The notes beneath the pieces are model-generated. The model saw only the letters and a program-made list of their open reading frames with translations. It searched no databases and was not told where the DNA came from. DNA of 64,000 nucleotides from an uncultured Solirubrobacterales bacterium. GTDB lineage: Bacteria > Actinomycetota > Thermoleophilia > Solirubrobacterales > Solirubrobacteraceae. The stretch spans positions 1,796,366 through 1,860,365 of the forward strand of contig OY970372.1 in NCBI GenBank assembly GCA_963718735.1, given 5' to 3'. This document shows positions 56,249 through 64,000 of this stretch, piece by piece. The position numbers and the translations under genes are program-made. How positions within the stretch are numbered: position 1 is the first letter of the stretch; each line of letters starts with the position of its first letter.

Positions 56249-57411
56249 GCGTCGAGTTCGGATATGCGCGAGCCGCAACGGCGGGCGAGCACGTCATCCA
56301 GTGCCTAAATGCATGGGAGGCGCCACGTCTTCCGGGCCTCGACCATACGAGTATGCGCCGCTGGGCAACGAGTGCCACATGGATACCGCCAGACACTCAG
56401 TTGCTGGTACGCCATCGCTCGCTGGATGGAAAACGACGTTTGGTGACAAATAGTCGATATCCACCTCAAGGCTTCGAGATCGAGTACGACTTGGGCCTCG
56501 TGCACAGCTTTGCGCAACCAGGCACGAGGAGACTTATTACAACCAGGAGTCGATATTTTTGTACTCCTTTTGAGGGTGTCCTTGAAGATGGCTTCGAGGG
56601 ACTAGGCTATTTTGAGGAGTCTCCCCTTCCAATGCTCGATGCACTCGAGCTACGCCGAGACCCGGCGAACGGGGAAGAGGTTTTGGTCGCTGGCGTCGAT
56701 GACCCGTTGTACAGTACGGCGCTCCCAATCGATGTCCTTGGATTTATTGAGAGCTATCCCATCAATCCTCGTCATCCTCCACAAGGCAAGGTCCAGGACT
56801 GGAATGTGGAGACTCTGTTTCGACTCACAGATACTGTCCGCTGGCGACATCTCTACAGCGCTGGCAAAAATCACACGCCTGGATCCGTCGCACTCGGGGG
56901 TCTGTGGGCACGTCCTGGTAGAGGCCTCACGGCACTCCATCGCAGTGCCAATGGTCGCATGACCTCAGACCTTCTGTCTAGAGAGTCGACGGCTGAGCGC
57001 AGATTGCGGACAAAGCTCCGCTGGGCGGCAGCACCATTGAGCTGGCCTGAAGGGAGACCGAGGAGCTGGGCGGCGCGGGCCGCCCTTAGTCGTGTGCGAA
57101 TCCTGGCTGACCGTGGCGCATCGGACGACCTTGCTTATACTTCGAGTCCGGCTAGTCTGCTTGGCTATGTGCGACAAGGCCCATCGGCCGGGTGGAGTCC
57201 TCTTTTCTCCGCGACACATCCAGCCCTACCCGACCAGTACGTGACGAGATCGGAGTTGGAGGCTACCGATATGGGCTATGAAGTTGACGGGGTGCTCGGA
57301 TATGTCCTTGATCGATGGGCGGATCGCTCTCGCGATAGACTTCCCGCAGAGATCAAGTGGGCCTCGCGCTTTGGTCAACCGAGACGTTACGTTGAGGGTT
57401 TCCGCCCATAG
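56245..57411 (+). CDS. Hypothetical protein with DUF5648-like repeats
   Basis: ATGA-coupled to the fusion gene. C-terminal PLFSATHP...DQYVT...EATDMGYEVDGVLGY and several LGY/LGF repeats. Confidence 0.6.
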   Translation: MSVEFGYARAATAGEHVIQCLNAWEAPRLPGLDHTSMRRWATSATWIPPDTQLLVRHRSLDGKRRLVTNSRYPPQGFEIEYDLGLVHSFAQPGTRRLITTRSRYFCTPFEGVLEDGFEGLGYFEESPLPMLDALELRRDPANGEEVLVAGVDDPLYSTALPIDVLGFIESYPINPRHPPQGKVQDWNVETLFRLTDTVRWRHLYSAGKNHTPGSVALGGLWARPGRGLTALHRSANGRMTSDLLSRESTAERRLRTKLRWAAAPLSWPEGRPRSWAARAALSRVRILADRGASDDLAYTSSPASLLGYVRQGPSAGWSPLFSATHPALPDQYVTRSELEATDMGYEVDGVLGYVLDRWADRSRDRLPAEIKWASRFGQPRRYVEGFRP

Positions 57412-57418
57412 CCCAAAG

Positions 57419-58432
57419 ATGAGCAGGCTTAGACATCACTGGTTGGCCAATACATTGGGGCGTCTATCGACGATAACGACCCTAGGCCGGCCGAGAGCGA
57501 CTTCAGACAGCCAGCCGGAGCAGGACGAAATAGACAGGGCTATCAATATCTTGGTCAAGGTCTCGCCAAGAGATATCCAAAAGCGCGGTTTTCATTTTCA
57601 GCCGCGCGACTACTATAGCCCCCTCAACGATCTTGACTTTTTGGCGGCAAACCGCGACCTTTGGAATGATCGTCCTTTGCCAGCTGGTATTGATTGGGAT
57701 TTAGACAAACAGCTAGCGTTGCTAGGAGGCATAGCCCACTACGCATACGAGTTGCGGGATGTCCCGTTTAATGCGTCGACGGAGACTCCGATTTCTTATT
57801 ACTGGAACAATAACTTCTGGCGTGGCCTTGACGCCTTTGTTCACTATGCATTGCTACGCCACTTGAAGCCGAGGAGGGTCGTAGAGATCGGATGCGGTTG
57901 GTCAAGTCTTCTTCTAAAGCGTGCTGTTTGCTCAACTGAGTTACGGGATGGTATCAGGGCCTCCGTACACCAGATAGAGCCGTATCCACGGCCTGAGATT
58001 ATGTCCGTCCTTCCGACTCATTGGACTCGAGAGGAAACCACACTTCAGCGAGCCACCCTCGCAAACGTAGAGATGTTGAAGGAAGGGGACGTTCTCTTTT
58101 ATGACGGATCTCATGTAGCCAGGGTAGCCAGTGATGTAAATTGGTTCTTTTTCGAGGTTCTTCCGCGCACTGCGCCAGGTGTGGTGATCCATGTACATGA
58201 TATTTTTTGGCCAGCCGACTACCCCGAGACTTGGATATTTGAACGTGGGCAGACCTGGAATGAGCAGTATGTGCTTCAGGCATTTCTAATGTATAATCGG
58301 GATTTCGAGCTTATTCTTGCTAATGCTGCGATTGTCAATCAGCATCGGTCGGAGCTGAGCGGGATGTTTGGTGTACTCGCTGACAATCTCGGTGGTGGTG
58401 GCAGCGTCTGGTTCAAGCGAATTCGCCGTTAG
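57419..58432 (+). CDS. Class I SAM methyltransferase (Methyltransf_24-like)
   Basis: RVVEIGCGWSS, IEPYP, LFYDGSHV, HVHDIF, WNEQY and SVWF. Confidence 0.85.
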   Translation: MSRLRHHWLANTLGRLSTITTLGRPRATSDSQPEQDEIDRAINILVKVSPRDIQKRGFHFQPRDYYSPLNDLDFLAANRDLWNDRPLPAGIDWDLDKQLALLGGIAHYAYELRDVPFNASTETPISYYWNNNFWRGLDAFVHYALLRHLKPRRVVEIGCGWSSLLLKRAVCSTELRDGIRASVHQIEPYPRPEIMSVLPTHWTREETTLQRATLANVEMLKEGDVLFYDGSHVARVASDVNWFFFEVLPRTAPGVVIHVHDIFWPADYPETWIFERGQTWNEQYVLQAFLMYNRDFELILANAAIVNQHRSELSGMFGVLADNLGGGGSVWFKRIRR

Positions 58433-58546
58433 CGTCGAAGTGTCCGCTGCTCGGATGGAGGACGTTCGTCCGGTGGTTGGTGTGGCCCAAACGTCTCTGT
58501 CCAGATAAGCGGGCGTCGTTCCTATGCGCCTGCTAGCTTCCCGCCC

Positions 58547-59645
58547 GTGCCGACTCTGCGCCAGCGCCCGCGAGTTCGCCGCGCAATTGAGCGGATGGCG
58601 CGGCGTACCTTGAGAGCAGTCGGTTCCTCCCACGAGTTGACCCTGCCAGCGCCTCCTCCCCCTCCACCGCCTGAGCCGCCGAAACCTGAGGCCAGCGACC
58701 TTGCACGCGAACTGGATTCCGACGGACTCGCGGGCGACCGAGATCGCGTCTCGGAGTTGCTTGCCGCGCGCTTGAGCGATGAGGACTTGGCCGAGTTGGA
58801 GCGTCATCTAGTGGATGCCCCTGAGCTTCAGACGATCTACTTTGCCTCCTGTAACCCAACGCCGCCAGGTGACCTCGTACTGGCATATGGCGCTTGGCTC
58901 AAGGTCGCACCTGTGATCGAGAAAGCCGGCCTGACCGCAGACCAACCTCCAGAAGATGTGCACGCGATGGCCCGCGGGCCGCTCTCCGCGGCCGGAGGCC
59001 TATACGAGGCCGACATGGTCGCCGACGCTCTCGGCGGCGTCGGCGTGGATATAGCCAACATAGGCAGCGCCCTTGACTTCGGCTGCTCCTCCGGCCGCGT
59101 AGTGCGAGTCTTGGCGTCCGCTTACCCGGACATTCACTGGCACGGCTGCGACCCCAACGGCCCAGCGATCGCCTGGGCCGCCGAGAATCTCCCCGGTATC
59201 GAGTTCTTCGTCAACGAGGACGCCCCGCCGCTGCCGTTGGCCGATGCCTCTCTGGACCTCGCCTACGCGATCTCGATCTGGTCGCACTTCGCGCCCGAGC
59301 TCGGCCTGCGCTGGTTCGAGGAGATGCGCCGCCTGATTCGCCCCGGCGGCCACCTCGTCTGCACGACGCACGGACTGACCTCCATAGCCCATTACGCCCT
59401 CTCGGAGCTGCGCACGCCCGAGCAGTCTCTCGAGATCCGCGAAGCCCTCTACCGCGACGGCGCCTGGTACGCCCCCGAGTTCGGCGAGCAGGGCGACTGG
59501 GGCGTCGTGAACCCCGACTGGGGCACCGCTTTCCTCAGCCCAGAGTGGATGCTCACGAAGCTCTGCTCCCCGCTGGCGCGTGCTGGAGTTCGCGCCGGGA
59601 CGCAACCAGGAGAACCAGGACGTATACGTGCTCCAACGGGTTTGA
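58547..59645 (+). CDS. Class I SAM methyltransferase; frameshift near 59565-59570
   Basis: LDFGCSSGR, GCDPN, AISIWSH and CTTHG. The shifted frame gives the plausible end RWRVLEFAPGRNQENQDVYVLQRV*. Confidence 0.82.
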
Positions 59646-59695
59646 CGCGCCATCGCGCGGAGACCTGCGGCTTGACCTCCCGCCGAACGTTCAAC

Positions 59696-61159
59696 ATGGC
59701 TGAGACGCCTGCGAAGCCAGCGCCAGAGCAGTTCGCAGCAGGCGACCTACTTCCCGAACGGCGAGTTGCGCCGCAGCCACTCGGCCAAGAGGGGTCGCGA
59801 CCCCGCCGCGCCCAGCGCCCTGGCTTGCGCGCATCTGGCCGATCGGCAAGCCGACGGCCGGGCGCCGTGGAAGCGATTGCTAGCGTTCACATACCCTTGT
59901 CGACCACCGCACCCACCGTCGAGCCGGCGCTCGCCGTACCGGCAGAGACCCAGTCGGCGAACCCAATCGCGATCTCGATCGACGACGTCAGCAAGACGTT
60001 CCGGCTGCCCCACCAGCAGTACTCGACGCTCAAGGAGCGGGTCGCTGCACCCGTTCCGCTCGACCGACTACGACGAGCTGCACGCGGTCAAGGACGTCAG
60101 CCTCGAGATCGCCCAGGGCGAGTTCTTCGGCATCGTCGGGACGCAACGGCAGCGGCAAGAGCACGCTGCTGAAGTGCATCGCCGGGCATCTACGGCGTCG
60201 ACCGGGGCCGGCATCTCGATCGCCGGGCGGCTCTCGCCGTTCATCGAGCTCGGCGTCGGCTTCAACATGGACCTGACCGCCCGCGACAACGTGATCATCA
60301 ACGCGATCATGCTCGGGCTCGAGCCGGCGCCAGGCGCGCGAGCGCTTCGACGAAGTGATCGCGTTCGCCGAGCTCGAGGAGTTCATCGACCTGAAGCTGA
60401 AGAACTACTCCTCGGGGATGCTCGTGCGGCTCGCGTTCGCGACCGCGATCCAGGTCGACGCGGAGATCCTGCTGATCGACGAGGTGCTCGCCGTCGGCGA
60501 CGCCGCCTTCCAGCAGAAGTGCTTCGACGAGTTCTTCCGGCTCAAGCGCGAAGGCAAGACGATCGTGTTCGTCTCCCACGACATGTACTCGGTCGAGCGC
60601 TTCTGCGACCGCGCGATGCTGATGGAGCGCGGCGACATGCGTGCAGATCGGCGACCCGCGCGAGATCGGCCGCGCCTACCACAAGCTGAACTTCGGCCAG
60701 CTGCCACACGAGGCGCCCGGCCGAGGCGCCGGCGCGACCGGCACGGCGATCGCCGACGCCTGGTTCGAGAACGCCGCCGGCGAGCGCGTCACGAGCGCCA
60801 GCCAGGAGGACGCCGCTGAGCATGTGCTTCGAGGTCCGCTTCGGCGAGGAGCCTCGAGGACCCGGTCTTCGCGGCGACGCTGCGCACCGAGCTCGGCCAC
60901 ACGATCGTCGTCGCGCGCATCGACCAGCACGGCGGCGCGAGCGGCTCCTTCAAGGCCGGCGAGACCGCGATCGCGACGCTTCGCGCTGCCGAACTGGCTG
61001 ACGCCGAGCCGCTACACGCTGACGCCGTCGCTCGCCCGCGAGGGCACCGGCGAGAACGCGCTCGCACTGGTCGAGGACATGACCTCGATCCTCGTCCACG
61101 GCACGACCAGCGGCGGGATCCTCGAGCTGCCGGTCGACGTGAGGATCGAGCGCGCATGA
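59696..61159 (+). CDS. wzt: Polysaccharide ABC exporter ATP-binding subunit with C-terminal Wzt_C domain (multiple frameshifts)
   Basis: Fragments: DDVSKTF, AVKDVSLEI, GKSTLLKCI, ELGVGFN, YSSGMLVRLAF, IDEVLAVGD, VSHD and a Wzt_C-like beta domain. Confidence 0.85.
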
Positions 61160-62051
61160 GCGCCAGCGAGGGAGCCCTCCCAGTCGCACAGCGTGCGCCA
61201 GCGCGCCACCGCGTCCACGGCCCATCGGCGCTCGGCGACGACCTCCGCCGCTTCTGGGCCTGACGTTCACGCTCGCGCGCACCGAATTCAAGCTGCGCTT
61301 CTTCGGCTCGGTGCTCGGCTACGTCTGGACGCTCGTGCGCCCGCTGCTGTTCTTCGGCGTGCTGTACGTCTTCTTCACGAAGGTCGGCCACGTCAACGAC
61401 TGGAACCAAGCCCGGCGAACAGTTCTACGGCGCGCAGCTGCTCGGCTCGATCGTGCTGTTCACGTTCTTCGCCGAAGCGACCGCCGGCGCGGTGCGCAGC
61501 GTCGTCGACCGCGAGAACCTGCTGCGCAAGATCCACTTCCCGCGCCTGGTGATCCCGCTCTCGGTCGTGCTGCTCGCGCTGTTCAACCTCGGGCTGAACC
61601 TGATCGTGGTGGCGATCTTCGCGCTCGGCGCGGGCGTGCAGCCGATGCTCAGCTGGCTCGAGCTGCCGCTGATCATCGGCGCGCTGGTCGTGTTCGCGGC
61701 CGGCATGGCGATGCTGCTCTCGGCGCTGTTCGTGCGCTTCCGCGACATCCAGCCGATCTGGGAAGTGATCTCCCAGATCCTCTTCTACGCCTCGCCGGTG
61801 ATCATCTCGATCCAGACGGTGATCGCAAAGCTCAGCTCCACGCTGGCTGCACGTCTACATGCTCAACCCGCTCGCGGTGATCCTCCAGCAGTTCCGCCAC
61901 GCGCTGGTCACCCACGCCACCCCGAGCGCCGGCGAGGTGCTCGGCAGCTGGACGGCCCTGCTCGGTGCCGCTCGCGATCGTCGTCGCGATCTTCGTCGTC
62001 GGCTTTGCGGTCTTCAACCGCGCGGCGCCGCGGATCGCGGAGAACCTCTGA
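61156..62051 (+). CDS. wzm: Polysaccharide ABC exporter permease (frameshifted)
   Basis: RFFGSVLGYVWTL, NLLRKIHFP, FRDIQPIW, FYASPV and LNPL. Confidence 0.85.
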
Positions 62052-62052
62052 G

Positions 62053-62346
62053 ATGGACGCAATCGACGTGGAGAGCCGACAACGGGAGCTCGAGGCCGAG
62101 ATCGAGCGTCTGCGCGCGCGCGTCGCCGCGCTCGAGGCAGAGCTCGTCGAGGTCCAGGCGCGCGCCAACGCCGCCGTCGCCGCAGTGGCAGGAGCGCGCC
62201 TACTGGCTCGACCGCTGGCACATCGACCTCAACGCGCTGATGCGACGCCCGGGCGCCAACGAGTTGCGCGCTGGCGCTGCGCGCGGTCCGCGCCGTCGTT
62301 CTGGCGGCATCAGGCGAGCTCAAGCGTCGCTCTGCTGGGATCGTGA
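62053..62346 (+). CDS. Small coiled-coil protein (frameshifted)
   Basis: RQRELEAEIERLRARVAALEAEL heptads followed by ERAYWLDRWHIDLNALM in a second frame. Confidence 0.55.
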   Translation: MDAIDVESRQRELEAEIERLRARVAALEAELVEVQARANAAVAAVAGARLLARPLAHRPQRADATPGRQRVARWRCARSAPSFWRHQASSSVALLGS

Positions 62347-64000
62347 GCGCCGTCTCCGTCGTGATCCCCGTCAAGGACGGGGAGCGCTACCTGGAGGAGC
62401 TGCTCGACGCGCTCGCCCGCGAGGGCGCCGACGAGATCGCTCGTGATCGACTCCGGCTCGCGCGACCGCTCGCGCGAGATCGCCCGCGCGGCCGGCGTCG
62501 AGCTGCTCGAGATCGACCCGCACGAGTTCGGCCACGGGCGCACGCGCAACCTCGGCGCCGAGCGCACCTCCGGCGAGCTGATCTGCTTCCTGACCCAGGA
62601 CGCGACGCCCTGCCCGGGCTGGCTCGCCGCCTACCGCGAGGCGTTCACGCTCGACGAGCGCGTCGGCGCCGCCTACGGCCCGCACCTGCCGCGCCCCGAC
62701 ACGAGCCCGATGATCGCGCGCGAGCTGACCGAGTTCTTCGCCGGCTTCTCGCCCGACGGCGCGCCGGTCGTCCAGCGCGCCGGCGACCCGACCTTCCTCT
62801 CGAACGTCAACGCCTGCTACGCGCGCGCCTGCTGGGAGGAGATCCGCTTCCGCGACGTCGCCTACTCCGAGGACCAGGCCTTCGGCGCCGACCTGCTCGC
62901 CGCCGGCTGGGCGAAGGTCTACCACCCCGGCGCCGCCGTCCTGCACGCCCACGACTACGGCACCGCTCGAGTTCATGCGCCGCTACTTCGACGAGTACCG
63001 CGGCCTGCGCGAGAGCGACCGGCCACGTCGAGCCGTTCGGCCGGCTCGCGGCGACCGCGTCACGTCGCGCGGCGAGGTCGCGGCCGACCGGCGCTGGATG
63101 GCCGAGCACGGCGTCGGCCGGCCGCGAGCGCGCGCGCGCTGGACGGCGCGCGCGCTCGTCGCACCACGGCGGCCGCCGCGTGTTCTCGGCGCTCGGCTCG
63201 CGCGCCGAGCGCGCTGCCCGCGCCGCTGCAGCGGCGCGCTCTCGCTCGAGGGCCGCGGCGACGCGGCGCGCGGCCGCCGACGCGCGCGGCCACGGCGAGC
63301 GGCGCGAGCGGCGCGCCGGCGCCGTCGCCGCCTGCCGCCGGCGAGCACGTCGACCAGATGCTCGCAGCGCGACGACTACGACGTCGGTCGCGCGCGTCTG
63401 GCGCGAGGGCCCGGCGCCGCTGCTCGACCCGCGTGCCCGGCATGGCCGAGCGCGAGCGCCTGCGGCTCGCGATGGTGATCCCGCCGTTCACGCCGCGGCA
63501 GCGGCGGCCACAACACGCTCTTTCAGATCTTCTCGCGCCTGGAGCGGCGCGGGCACGCCTGCAGCGTCTGGCTGGCCGACTACCACGGCGCATGCACGCG
63601 ACCGTCTGGCCGGCGGTGCTGCGCCACGACATCCACGAGTTCTTCGCGCCCGTTCGCAGGGCCCGTCTACAAGGGCTTCGACGACTGGCAGGGCGCCGAC
63701 GTCGCGATCGCGACCGGCTGGCAGACGGTCCACGCGACGCTCGCTGCTCGACAGCTGCCGCGCGCGCGCCTACGTCGTCAACGACCACGAGCCCGAGTTC
63801 TACGCCGCCTCGACCGAGCGCGCGCTGGCCGAGGACACCTACCGCCACGGCCTGCACTGCATCGCCGCGAGCCCGTGGCTGCGCGACCTGCTGATCGAGC
63901 GCTACGGCGCGAGCGCCGACGCGTTCCAGCTCGGCGTCGAGCACGACATCTACCAGCCGCGGCCGGTCGCGCGCCGCGCGCGACACGGTCATCTACTACG
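62343..64000 (+). CDS. GT2 rhamnosyltransferase fused to a WsaF-like GT4 domain; many frameshifts, runs off the window
   Basis: VSVVIPVKDG, IDSGSRD, FGHGRTRN, FLTQDA, FLSNVN, SEDQ, HAHDY, then MVIPPF...SGGHNT, ADVAIATGWQT and NDHEPEFY. Confidence 0.78.
   Translation, partial: MSAVSVVIPVKDGERYLEELLDALAREGADEIARDRLRLARPLARDRPRGRRRAARDRPARVRPRAHAQPRRRAHLRRADLLPDPGRDALPGLARRLPRGVHARRARRRRLRPAPAAPRHEPDDRARADRVLRRLLARRRAGRPARRRPDLPLERQRLLRARLLGGDPLPRRRLLRGPGLRRRPARRRLGEGLPPRRRRPARPRLRHRSSSCAATSTSTAACARATGHVEPFGRLAATASRRAARSRPTGAGWPSTASAGRERARAGRRARSSHHGGRRVFSALGSRAERAARAAAAARSRSRAAATRRAAADARGHGERRERRAGAVAACRRRARRPDARSATTTTSVARVWREGPAPLLDPRARHGRARAPAARDGDPAVHAAAAAATTRSFRSSRAWSGAGTPAASGWPTTTAHARDRLAGGAAPRHPRVLRARSQGPSTRASTTGRAPTSRSRPAGRRSTRRSLLDSCRARAYVVNDHEPEFYAASTERALAEDTYRHGLHCIAASPWLRDLLIERYGASADAFQLGVEHDIYQPRPVARRARHGHLL

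Overview
High-GC actinobacterial chromosomal DNA. The gene styles suggest Thermoleophilia/Solirubrobacterales; this is inference, not a database result. Left to right: (1) 0.3-9.7 kb, an extracellular glycan module with a phosphodiester-glycosidase-like protein, a secreted unknown, an AA5/GlxA-like copper radical oxidase (one frameshift), a GT-C membrane protein, a cellulose-synthase-like GT2 and a PG-binding protein. (2) A crotonase, then a DosS-like GAF kinase and a NarL-type regulator bracketing pfkA, then IclR. (3) A coupled alpha/beta-hydrolase-murF(TM)-ddl-ddl operon. (4) Amidohydrolase plus cysteine dioxygenase. (5) A small 23.1-25.66 kb island with an AAA_14/DUF4143 ATPase, an intact tRNA-Thr(CGT) and, facing it, a second tRNA-Thr(CGT) broken exactly at the anticodon loop. 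(6) Housekeeping genes: recQ, P450, NERD, PHP, holB/tmk, nrdJ, ctaG-like, deacetylase, HU, ctaA, methyltransferase, rmlC. (7) A PadR-NBD*-NBD-FtsX-type ABC operon followed by a DUF2600/class IB terpene-synthase-like gene, plus a TetR-type regulator. (8) An IS5 element and an AT-richer surface-glycan island (sulfotransferase, methyltransferase-GT4-GT2 fusion, methyltransferases) running into wzt/wzm/rhamnosyltransferase genes. The last ~4.5 kb has many frameshifts, probably a poor consensus. The best candidates for undescribed biology are the terpene synthase-ABC module, the broken-plus-replacement tRNA-Thr, and the GlxA/GT-C/Csl glycan locus.
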